Part shown: piece by piece, positions 1 through 7,377 of the stretch
How the letters are laid out: every line of letters starts with the position of its first letter
How positions within the stretch are numbered: position 1 is the first letter of the stretch
Assembly: GCA_044225505.1 (NCBI GenBank)
Contig: JBGAIN010000223.1
Location: forward strand, 1 to 10,927
Reading direction: 5' to 3'
DNA length: 10,927 bases
Source of the DNA: Limisphaerales bacterium
GTDB taxonomy: Bacteria > Verrucomicrobiota > Verrucomicrobiia > Limisphaerales > SIBE01
Position numbers and translations under genes: made by a program
The notes under the pieces: generated by a model
Seen by the model: the letters and a program-made list of their open reading frames with translations, nothing else
Database searches by the model: none
Told to the model about the DNA's origin: nothing

Positions 1-519
1 GAAGCGCTCGGCCTCCGGCGAGCCGCCAGCGAACTCGATCCCTGCATAAATGTCTTCCGTGTTCTCGCGAAAGATCACCATATCGACTTTTTCCGGATGC
101 TTGACCGGCGATGGGACCCCTTGGAAGTACTGCACGGGCCGCAGGCAAACGTACAAGTCCAGCAATTGCCGCAGCGCCACGTTGAGCGACCGAATCCCTC
201 CACCAACGGGCGTGGTTAGCGGCCCTTTGATTCCCACTAAGTACTCTTTAAACGCTTCCACCGTGTCATCAGGAAGCCAGGTATCGAATCGTTTCTTGGC
301 GGATTCGCCGGCGAAGACTTCAAACCAAGAGATTCGTCGCTTGCCTCCGTAGGCCTTCTGGACCGCCGCGTTGAATACCTTCTCGCTGGCCGCCCAAATA
401 TCCGGACCCGTTCCGTCGCCTCGAATAAACGGAAGGATCGGATTGTCCGGGACGTTGAGTTTGCCGTTGACGACTGAGATCTTGGATCCCGCAGGAGGAG
501 TTACGTCTTTGTAGGCCAT
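1..519 (-). CDS. icd: NADP-dependent isocitrate dehydrogenase, N-terminal 173 codons (continues past the left edge)
   Basis: Absent from the ORF track because it has no stop in the window. Manual minus-strand translation from ATG 519 gives [42 protein letters not shown]...[33 protein letters not shown]...[18 protein letters not shown], which carries the E. coli-type IDH motifs. Confidence 0.97.
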   Translation of the reverse strand, partial: MAYKDVTPPAGSKISVVNGKLNVPDNPILPFIRGDGTGPDIWAASEKVFNAAVQKAYGGKRRISWFEVFAGESAKKRFDTWLPDDTVEAFKEYLVGIKGPLTTPVGGGIRSLNVALRQLLDLYVCLRPVQYFQGVPSPVKHPEKVDMVIFRENTEDIYAGIEFAGGSPEAERF

Positions 520-553
520 GTTATCAGCTCGAGATGTCAGACAGTTATCTTCG

Positions 554-2542
554 CTATGCCACAGCAACTTCGTGCGCGCCTTCGACGGCGGTTTCCGTGA
601 GCGCTGCTTTTACTTTTTCGACCACGTTGGACACGGTCAATCCATACTTGGCGCGCAGTTCCTCGACGGTGCTGGCGTGTTCAATGAACTGGTCGGGCCA
701 TCCGATCCGGATTACCGGTGTCGTCACTTTACGCTCGCTGAACAGTTCCAAAACACTGCAGCCATACCCGCCGGTCAAAACGTGGTCTTCCAACGTCACC
801 ACCACATCGGCGGCGCGACCAAAAAACTCCGTTGTCGCCGCGTCGATCGGCTTGGTAAACCGAGGATTAATCAAAGCGACGTCGTAGCCAGCCGCCGACA
901 ACTGTTCAGCAGCACTGCGCGCGATCGGGTTCATATTTCCGAGCGGGAACAACGCCACCTTGGCGCCGCCGTTTCGAGCAAAGTTGCGCAAAACCTCCGC
1001 CTTACCGATCTCAATCAACTTCGGATATTCTTTAAGGGGAACTCCCTCAGCGGGTCCGCGCGGGTAGCGGATGAAGGTGGGGTGTGGTTCATGGGTTGCG
1101 GTAAACATCATGTCCACAAGCTCGTCCTCATCCTTCGGCGCCATGGCGATGACATTCGGAACGCAACGCAAATAAGCAATATCGAACAAGCCGTGATGCG
1201 TCGGACCGTCCTGGGCCGAGAGCCCTGCTCGATCCATGCAAAAGATCACGGGCAAGTCCTGCAATGCGGCGTCATGCACAATGCAATCAAAGGCGCGCTG
1301 CAGAAACGTAGAGTAAATAGCGCACACTGGTCGGAATCCCATCGTCGCCATGCCACAAGCAAAAATCACCGCATGTTCCTCGGCAATGCCGACGTCATAG
1401 TAACGATCGGGCAACGCCTTTTGCAGGATGGACAAGCTGGTGCCGCTCGGCATGGCCGCCGTAATCCCGACAATCGAATTGTCCTTCTGGCAAAGTCGAA
1501 CCATCGCTTCTCCAAAAACGTTCTGCCAGTTCGGGGGTGTGCCAGGGACGGGTTGCGGAGCCAAGCCCGTCTTGACATCGTACGGACCGGTGCCGTGAAA
1601 CTTCTCGGGCTGATTCACGGCAGCATCGTAGCCCTTGCCCTTCTTCGTGAGGACATGAAGCACGACTGGCTCCTCGCAGCTCTTTGCATATTCCAAAACG
1701 CTAACGAGCATTTGCAGATCGTGCCCGTCGATCGGCCCGATATACCGCAAGCCCATCTCTTCGAAAATCAGGCTGCTCCCGAAACCACCGCGACCGTCGG
1801 CGCTGGCCGGAGAGGCGGACTGCTCGAGGGTCACTCCGGTGACGGCGCCCTTGAGCGCTTCTTCGGCTTTATGCCCTAGTTTCAAAGCAATCTCGCCTTT
1901 CGGGAAACGGCGTAGCAAACGCTCTAGATCGCGTTGCAAGCGATTGTAGGAAGGATGCGTAATCAGCTTGTTGAGGTAAGTCGCAATCGCCCCCACGTTT
2001 TTGGCAATGCTCCACTCGTTGTCATTGAGAATTCCAATGAAACGTTTCGTCGTTTGCGAGACATTGTTGAGCGCTTCGAACGAGACCCCGTTCGTCAGCG
2101 CTGCATCCCCAAAGATTGCCACCACATTCTCATCGCTGCCCCGTTTATCGCGGGCTGCAGCGATTCCCAAGGCGGCCGAAAGTGCTGTGCCCGCGTGTGC
2201 GGCGCCGTAGCAGTCATGCTCGCTCTCGGACCTCAAGGCAAAGCCACACAGACCGTCGGTCGACCGGATTGTCCCGAAACGGGCTTTTCGTCCGGTCAAA
2301 ATCTTGTGGACGTAAGTTTGGTGGCTGACATCCCACACAAACTTATCCTTGGGCGTCTCGAAGACCCGGTGCAACGCGATGGACAGTTCCACAACACCCA
2401 AGTTCGGACCAAGATGGCCTCCATTCTTGGCAAGAACAGTAATGAGTTCGTGACGAATTTCTTCGGCGAGCTGCTGGAGCTGCGGAACCGTCAGCTTTTT
2501 GACGTGCGAGGGGTGATCAACCATGTCGAGATATCGGCTCAT
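554..2542 (-). CDS. dxs: 1-deoxy-D-xylulose-5-phosphate synthase
   Basis: Motifs [24 protein letters not shown], the ThDP-binding GDAALTNG...[20 protein letters not shown] and DGPTHHG. The start is placed at ATG 2542 ([11 protein letters not shown]); the ORF-track extension to 2704 overlaps xseB and a promoter-like element. Confidence 0.97.
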   Translation of the reverse strand: MSRYLDMVDHPSHVKKLTVPQLQQLAEEIRHELITVLAKNGGHLGPNLGVVELSIALHRVFETPKDKFVWDVSHQTYVHKILTGRKARFGTIRSTDGLCGFALRSESEHDCYGAAHAGTALSAALGIAAARDKRGSDENVVAIFGDAALTNGVSFEALNNVSQTTKRFIGILNDNEWSIAKNVGAIATYLNKLITHPSYNRLQRDLERLLRRFPKGEIALKLGHKAEEALKGAVTGVTLEQSASPASADGRGGFGSSLIFEEMGLRYIGPIDGHDLQMLVSVLEYAKSCEEPVVLHVLTKKGKGYDAAVNQPEKFHGTGPYDVKTGLAPQPVPGTPPNWQNVFGEAMVRLCQKDNSIVGITAAMPSGTSLSILQKALPDRYYDVGIAEEHAVIFACGMATMGFRPVCAIYSTFLQRAFDCIVHDAALQDLPVIFCMDRAGLSAQDGPTHHGLFDIAYLRCVPNVIAMAPKDEDELVDMMFTATHEPHPTFIRYPRGPAEGVPLKEYPKLIEIGKAEVLRNFARNGGAKVALFPLGNMNPIARSAAEQLSAAGYDVALINPRFTKPIDAATTEFFGRAADVVVTLEDHVLTGGYGCSVLELFSERKVTTPVIRIGWPDQFIEHASTVEELRAKYGLTVSNVVEKVKAALTETAVEGAHEVAVA

Positions 2543-2589
2543 AGATTTCAGGCAGACTTGGGCGTGAAAGGGGTACGGCGATGAACGGC

Positions 2590-2619
2590 ATACTGCTGAA
2601 AGGTCGAAATGTATGTCAA
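2590..2619 (-). promoter_or_regulatory. Candidate sigma70 promoter for dxs(-icd)
   Basis: Minus strand TTGACA-18 bp-CAGTAT in the 118-bp xseB-dxs gap. The -35 is perfect and the -10 is weak. Confidence 0.45.
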
Positions 2620-2660
2620 AGGGAACATGTCTGGGCGGATTCCAGTCTGATAACGTCCGG

Positions 2661-2945
2661 TCAAACCGTCGCCGTATCTTCTGAAAGAACCGCTGGCTTT
2701 GCAACTAATTGTCCGGCAGCAGTTTTCTCAAGTTGCTGGATCTTGAGTTCCGCGTCCGCGAGTCGAGTTTGGCAGAGTTGAGCCAATTGCGCGCCTTGCT
2801 CGAACCGTGCCAGGAGTGTTTCCAATGGTAAATCCGCGCTTTCCATCGCTTCAACGATGGACTCCAGGCTCTTCAGAGCCTCTTCGAACGACATCTGCGG
2901 ATTGACCCCAGGCCCTTCGGCGCCCGGGCCTCTCGGTTTCGACAT
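2661..2945 (-). CDS. xseB: Exodeoxyribonuclease VII small subunit
   Basis: SFEEALKSLESIVEAMESADLPLETLLARFEQGAQLAQLCQTRLADAELKIQQL is the XseB signature, and the gene lies upstream of dxs as is common. Start chosen at ATG 2945. Confidence 0.93.
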   Translation of the reverse strand: MSKPRGPGAEGPGVNPQMSFEEALKSLESIVEAMESADLPLETLLARFEQGAQLAQLCQTRLADAELKIQQLEKTAAGQLVAKPAVLSEDTATV

Positions 2946-2951
2946 GGCCAA

Positions 2952-2980
2952 AAAGTATAAGAACTCGGCCATTCAGTCCA
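2952..2980 (-). promoter_or_regulatory. Candidate promoter giving a leaderless xseB mRNA
   Basis: TGGACT-17 bp-TACTTT (with an overlapping TATACT) lies 6 nt before ATG 2945, and there is no SD. Confidence 0.45.
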
Positions 2981-3033
2981 GCGCGATGTTAAGCCGCCGG
3001 ACTTAAGGGGCAAATTAGTCGAACGGCTTCTTG

Positions 3034-3879
3034 TTACTTGGCCACTGTGGTGTTCTCTGCCCACCAGAGCACGTCGCGCAACGAATCGCCCGCCGGAACG
3101 TTGAGGGGCAACGCATTGTTATACTTCACCGGGGCTTTAATCTTCGACCCGATCCATTTGTGAATCTCAGAGTGGCCATCGGCGTAAGCCAAGCCGGCGG
3201 CGCCATTATGGTAGCTGGCAGGGAAGTCAATAATTTGCGCTGCCTTGGCATCCGGTTTCACCATTTGCACAGCGCACGCCGCATCGTTGATGCTGTCCGG
3301 GTGTTCGTCGATAAGAACCCATGTCTTGCTCGGAATCACAATATGATCGAGCTTTTGGTAAATCCTCCAATTGGCTGCCGGCAACCAAGATCCGTTGTCA
3401 AAGACTTGACTCATCGAGTTGCTGCGAACGCGGGGAACTTTCTGTCCCTTGTTGTTCTTGACCGTTCCAATGTCGGATGGGCATCTCCAAACAACGTAAC
3501 TATTTCCTATATAAGGCATGAGCGGGCTTCGCGCGATGTCGTTGGTAGGGTCCCAATTGCTTCGGGCGTTGCTGTAGTCCAGGTTCCCCGTTACCCAACG
3601 CACGCGGTTGTATGGGTTTGGAGACATGTCAAGTGCGGCCAAAAGGATGTCGTTGAAATCCTCCGCGTAAAGTCGCCACCCAAGCATCATCTGCCGGGTG
3701 TTGTTCATACAAGAGATGCCTTTGGTCTTGGACTTGGCTTTGGCCAAGGCGGGCAGGAGCATCCCGGCTAGAATGGCGATAATCGCTATGACGACGAGTA
3801 ATTCGATCAGAGTAAACCCGAACTTCGACACTCGGGTTGAACGGCCGAATAAAACAGTTTCGAGTTGAGTGGTTTTCAT
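3034..3879 (-). CDS. Prepilin-type N-terminal cleavage/methylation domain protein with C-terminal H-X9-DG motif (DUF1559-like, PVC-expanded family)
   Basis: [25 protein letters not shown] type IV pilin N-terminus, CMNNTRQ, CPSD, and C-terminal [13 protein letters not shown] (H-X9-DG). Confidence 0.93.
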   Translation of the reverse strand: MKTTQLETVLFGRSTRVSKFGFTLIELLVVIAIIAILAGMLLPALAKAKSKTKGISCMNNTRQMMLGWRLYAEDFNDILLAALDMSPNPYNRVRWVTGNLDYSNARSNWDPTNDIARSPLMPYIGNSYVVWRCPSDIGTVKNNKGQKVPRVRSNSMSQVFDNGSWLPAANWRIYQKLDHIVIPSKTWVLIDEHPDSINDAACAVQMVKPDAKAAQIIDFPASYHNGAAGLAYADGHSEIHKWIGSKIKAPVKYNNALPLNVPAGDSLRDVLWWAENTTVAK

Positions 3880-3920
3880 AAGCTTTGGGCACGCCTACGA
3901 GCAAATGACGGGAATGGTCT

Positions 3921-3950
3921 TTCGTAGCGCCGCCTACCCCTGGTTGTCAA
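3921..3950 (-). promoter_or_regulatory. Candidate sigma70 promoter for the prepilin-like gene
   Basis: Minus strand TTGACA-18 bp-TACGAA, about 40 bp upstream of ATG 3879. Confidence 0.4.
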
Positions 3951-3998
3951 GCGCCGATCCAAAAAGCTTAACTCTATTTGTCCACACCCGGTCTTTGC

Positions 3999-4028
3999 TT
4001 GCCCTCGTCTCGCTGGGTCACCTAACAC
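3999..4028 (+). promoter_or_regulatory. Candidate promoter giving a leaderless cutA mRNA
   Basis: TTGCCC-18 bp-TAACAC lies 7 nt before ATG 4036, and there is no SD. Confidence 0.35.
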
Positions 4029-4035
4029 ATCCGGT

Positions 4036-4377
4036 ATGAAATCCACCCAAAACTACGTCGTCATGCTTGTCACCGCGCCGAACCTGCGCACTGCACGAAC
4101 GTTGGTCAAGCTGGCTTTAGCGTCTCGGCTTGTGGCCTGCGGCAATCTCGTGCCCAAATTGGAGTCCCACTACTGGTGGAAGGATAAAATCGAGCGCAGC
4201 CGCGAGGTGCTCATTATTTTCAAAACGACGGCCAGGCGCCTTAAGGCCCTCGAGGGACTGGTGCTGTCCAATCATCCCTACGAAACTCCGGAAGTTATCG
4301 CTATGCCGATTAGCCATGGCACACCGGCATATCTCCGCTGGATTACCGCGAGCGTCCGCGGTAATGGTCGGAACTAG
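4036..4377 (+). CDS. cutA: Divalent-cation tolerance protein CutA
   Basis: 113 aa with LVTAP...RLVACGN...SHYWWKDKIE...E.LIIFKT...HPYETPEVIA...YLRWI, the CutA1 family pattern. Confidence 0.95.
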   Translation: MKSTQNYVVMLVTAPNLRTARTLVKLALASRLVACGNLVPKLESHYWWKDKIERSREVLIIFKTTARRLKALEGLVLSNHPYETPEVIAMPISHGTPAYLRWITASVRGNGRN

Positions 4378-4385
4378 CGCGTGCC

Positions 4386-4433
4386 CTGGGAAGCGTCCCC
4401 TCAGCGCGTTGCGCCCCGAGTGCGTTCGCCCAG
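4386..4433. terminator. Imperfect GC-rich stem-loop between convergent genes (possible bidirectional terminator)
   Basis: Nested pairings CTGGG/CCCAG, CTC/GAG and GCGC-GTT-GCGC fill the 62-bp convergent gap. There is no U-tract. Confidence 0.3.
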
Positions 4434-4439
4434 ATCAAG

Positions 4440-5999
4440 TCACAACGATCGCACGTGCATCGCGAGGCGCCGACGGTGCTCCTCTCGCGTTGAGGCGTCA
4501 TAGAAATCGACCGGATTATAATCGTCTGTCAAAACGATGCCGTGTTCCGGATCGGCTTGCACGACTCCGTTGAATGCGGCCAACACCTCAGGGCGACAAG
4601 AGAAATGGACCCTCTCAAAGTCAGGCTGCCGCACCATTTCCAGTCCCGCTTTTGGCGAAGCGACAAAAAAGACATTTCCATTGCCCGATGCGTGGATTCG
4701 CACGGTGCCAAAGACGTGCCGCAGCGTCTTGTCCAAAGAGGCGGTAAAGAAGTCCTTCACCGTCTGAAAATCACCGAACATATTCATGACGAGCACGCCT
4801 TCTGGATTCAGGACACGTCGCACAGACTGGAACGCTTCTAGCGTCATCAGATGAGAGGGAGACGAATCGCCCAGGAACGCATCGATAATGACGGCGTCGT
4901 AGCGCTTCTGGCTTTGGTTGAGGAAATACCGACCGTCTCCAATAGTCAGGTGAAGTAAATTCGTCGCACAATGAAAGAGGCCTGCCGCCACCGGCACCAC
5001 TGCTGGGTTGATCTCCACCACGTCGACAGTGATGCCTTCGCGAGCGAACTCGCTCGGGACAATCCCGACACCCAGCCCGACGCACAGAACATTCTTTAAA
5101 CTCGCCGTATAGGCGAGGGCGAGGTCATGCAAGGCGTAAGTGAACACCGCCAGGCTTTTTCGCTCATTTGGATCGTAAGTGTTCTGGACCAGATTATCGT
5201 TCAAGTAAAATCGTCGATCTCCGCGCTTGTTTTCCAGCACCTGCACCAGTCCAAAGTTCGAATTTGCCCGGTACAGCTCTTTGGCATCGGCGAAAGGCGA
5301 TTTCTTTTCTTGCATCCAGCCGTAGGTCAGAAGGGCAACGATTCCGAACGCTACCAACGCTGGCGCCCCGCGGCGTTTTTCCCACAGAAGAAAGTAACTT
5401 CCCGATAATCCAGCCAGCAGCAATGCAGTCAGATACATGGTGATGGAGTTTGGCAGGAATGGAATGAGCACATACCCGATCATGACCGTCCCAGCGAAGC
5501 TTCCCAGCGTACTAACCGCCGTCAAGCGGCCCACGCTCTGGCCGACGCTCGTCACCGAAACCGCCAGCACCCGAACGAAGAACGGGCCGACCATCGCCAA
5601 CAAAGCGAGCGGCACGAAGTAAAGAAACCCAGATGCCAAGAGGGAGCCCAAGGCGAGTCGAACGGTCAAACAGGCGTAAGCCACTGGCTGGACCAGTGGC
5701 ACAGAAATCGCCAGATACGCGGCCGCGCCAAGAATGCAGTAGTAGATGCGCCGAAGTTCGGGACTGCGATCGACCAACCGACCTCCCGCGTAATAGCCCG
5801 CCGCGAGCGCGACGAGCGTCACGGCGATCTGTGCCGTCCACACAAAATGCGATGTCCCAACGAACGGCGCGAGCATTTTGGCGCCCAAAATCTCGATGAT
5901 CATGATCGAGCCGCCGGTGATGGTTGCGGAAAGGTAAAGAAATCGCCGCAAGGCAACAGGCATGCCAGAATCCGCCGGCCCGGCTGGTGTGCTTTTCAC
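4440..5999 (-). CDS. Fused membrane domain / spermidine-synthase-like SAM-dependent transferase ('fused MFS/spermidine synthase')
   Basis: The N-terminal ~230 aa are multi-pass hydrophobic (EILGAKMLAPFVGTS..VW, GYYAGG, STLGSFAG). The C-terminal Rossmann fold has VGLGVG, VVEIN, IGDGR, YDAVIIDAF, HLMT.E.F, L.PEGVLVMN and LTDDYNPVD. GTG start at 5999. Confidence 0.9.
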   Translation of the reverse strand: MKSTPAGPADSGMPVALRRFLYLSATITGGSIMIIEILGAKMLAPFVGTSHFVWTAQIAVTLVALAAGYYAGGRLVDRSPELRRIYYCILGAAAYLAISVPLVQPVAYACLTVRLALGSLLASGFLYFVPLALLAMVGPFFVRVLAVSVTSVGQSVGRLTAVSTLGSFAGTVMIGYVLIPFLPNSITMYLTALLLAGLSGSYFLLWEKRRGAPALVAFGIVALLTYGWMQEKKSPFADAKELYRANSNFGLVQVLENKRGDRRFYLNDNLVQNTYDPNERKSLAVFTYALHDLALAYTASLKNVLCVGLGVGIVPSEFAREGITVDVVEINPAVVPVAAGLFHCATNLLHLTIGDGRYFLNQSQKRYDAVIIDAFLGDSSPSHLMTLEAFQSVRRVLNPEGVLVMNMFGDFQTVKDFFTASLDKTLRHVFGTVRIHASGNGNVFFVASPKAGLEMVRQPDFERVHFSCRPEVLAAFNGVVQADPEHGIVLTDDYNPVDFYDASTREEHRRRLAMHVRSL

Positions 6000-6005
6000 G
6001 CCGAC

Positions 6006-6034
6006 GTTTTACGCGGTCTCGGGCGTCCCGGCAA
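6006..6034 (-). promoter_or_regulatory. Candidate promoter giving a leaderless mRNA starting at GTG 5999
   Basis: Minus strand TTGCCG-17 bp-TAAAAC-6 nt-GTG. Confidence 0.45.
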
Positions 6035-6118
6035 GTCGTAGCGCAGCCAACCTTAAAAGTAGAAACCCAGTTGCTTCCTTCTTTAGGCTGCCGCACGCTT
6101 TGAGGAATTGAACTGCGC

Positions 6119-6925
6119 ATGACCAAATACTGGCACGCGATCAACATCGGCATTCAGAATACCCTTGTTTATCGCGCCAATTTCTTGTTCCGAAGTGTCT
6201 TTGGACTGATCCCGTTGATGGCGACGATCTACCTATGGCGGGCCGTTTTTGCGGGCAAGTCGGACGATCCGGAAGTCGCAGGCTACACGCTGGCAGGCAT
6301 GACCTCGTACTATCTGCTCGTCACAATTGTCGATATGCTGACGGCCGTGACCGATGACGACTGGCAGATCGCGGCGGACATTCGCGAAGGAAACATCAAT
6401 CAATTCCTCCTCAAACCCATCGACTATTTAACCTACCGCTTTTGTCTCTTTGGCGCCAATCGCCTGATCTACACGTCGGTCGCATGCTTGCCTGTCCTGC
6501 TTTTTATTGGCCTGCAACGAGAGTTCTTCGTCCTGCCAAGCGATTTCACAACCCTGGCCTGTTTCGTCGTCTCCACCATCCTGACTGGGCTACTTCAATT
6601 CCTTGTCTCTTACAGCATGGCCCTGCTCGCGTTCTGGGTTCTGGAAGTTTCCACATTCATCTTCATTCTGTTCGCGTTTGAATACATTGCGGGTGGGCAC
6701 CTGTTTCCGCTCGATATTCTACCGCCGTGGCTTTCGCAGATCCTATCCTATACACCTTTCCCGTATCAGTTGTTTTTCCCGGTCAGTATTTACCTCGGAC
6801 GAACCACCGGGGACGAGCTCTGGCGGGGGCTGGCCATTCAACTCTTCTGGGTCGTTGCTTTCTATGCAATCGCCCGGTTCGCTTGGGCTCGTGGGATCCG
6901 CAAATACACTGCGTTCGGCGGATAA
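6119..6925 (+). CDS. ABC-2 type transporter permease (DUF990 / ABC2_membrane_6-like)
   Basis: 268 aa with about 6 hydrophobic segments. Family-typical motifs are YRANF, GYT...M.SY, IAADIREGNINQFLLKP, LAFW, G.LFPLDILP, PF.Y..FFP.SIYLG and the G.RKY.AFGG C-terminus. Confidence 0.9.
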   Translation: MTKYWHAINIGIQNTLVYRANFLFRSVFGLIPLMATIYLWRAVFAGKSDDPEVAGYTLAGMTSYYLLVTIVDMLTAVTDDDWQIAADIREGNINQFLLKPIDYLTYRFCLFGANRLIYTSVACLPVLLFIGLQREFFVLPSDFTTLACFVVSTILTGLLQFLVSYSMALLAFWVLEVSTFIFILFAFEYIAGGHLFPLDILPPWLSQILSYTPFPYQLFFPVSIYLGRTTGDELWRGLAIQLFWVVAFYAIARFAWARGIRKYTAFGG

Positions 6926-6957
6926 CCGTTCTCTCTGCGATCCGCACAAACGCGGCA

Positions 6958-7197
6958 TCAATGAGCCGACTCGCCCCCTGACAACTTGGCGTCCCGTGGA
7001 TGCACCGTATTTCCTTGCTCGCCATTCTGGCCTTGGGTAATGCCGAGCTCATTGGTGTTACCACCGCCAATGGATCGTTGCCGATTTTGCTCTTCTTTGT
7101 TGCGGTCCAGTCGGCGTTGCCGTTTGCTCTGTGTGCTCTCTTGGCTTTTCATGGTATTGGATTCCAGGAGGGTCCGCTCCTTGACGGGTCTCGACAC
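6958..7197 (-). CDS. Small hydrophilic hypothetical protein (79 aa from GTG 7197, or 64 aa from ATG 7152)
   Basis: Purine-rich open frame (MKSQESTQSKRQRRLDRNKEEQNRQRSIGGGNTNELGITQGQNGEQGNTVHPRDAKLSGGESAH). AGGAGG lies 9 nt before GTG 7197, and the stop is 32 bp from the convergent permease stop. No recognised family. Confidence 0.5.
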   Translation of the reverse strand: MSRPVKERTLLESNTMKSQESTQSKRQRRLDRNKEEQNRQRSIGGGNTNELGITQGQNGEQGNTVHPRDAKLSGGESAH

Positions 7198-7228
7198 TCG
7201 TTATTGCCTCCTGGAAGACGAATACCAT
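7151..7228. repeat. Long interrupted inverted repeat (8 bp + 10 bp stems)
   Basis: ATGGTATT (7151-7158) pairs with AATACCAT (7221-7228), and TTCCAGGAGG (7162-7171) pairs with CCTCCTGGAA (7207-7216). There is a 3x4 internal loop and a 35-nt apical region. Confidence 0.85.
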
Positions 7229-7377
7229 CGATTTCCAAAGATGCGAATCGGATTCAACCGGAGCTCTGCCCTGCACCAGATTTCCACCTTCCGTCAACCC
7301 GCGATCCCCGGAAGTCGTGTCCGCACGATTGACCGTGCGCGCAAGTCTGGCGTAGGATCCGTTCAGGATCCTCAGCC

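Noticed and set aside
518..1879. 453-aa plus-strand ORF (and 1934-2584) antisense to dxs
   Set aside because: Shadow ORFs of a well-conserved gene in GC-rich DNA, with no recognisable motifs.
2543..2704. 54-aa N-terminal extension of DXS in the ORF track
   Set aside because: It overlaps the xseB 3' end and a TTGACA promoter-like element, and DXS similarity begins at ATG 2542.
2989..3006. Small hairpin TTAAG...CTTAA downstream of the prepilin-like gene
   Set aside because: The stem is weak and has no U-tract, which is insufficient to call a terminator.
3031..3771. 246-aa plus-strand ORF
   Set aside because: Antisense shadow of the prepilin-like gene.
7150..7240. Resemblance of minus-strand GAUGGUAUUCG to the 5' end of a fluoride riboswitch
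   Set aside because: The GGCGA/UCGCC-type P1 stem and the conserved CUGAUG 3' element are missing, and no fluoride-related gene follows.
7000..7332. Hydrophobic plus-strand ORF resembling a membrane peptide or type I toxin (also 6986-7549)
   Set aside because: The hydrophobicity is explained by the T-rich complement of the purine-rich minus-strand ORF, and there is no SD or family motif. It is not strictly excluded.
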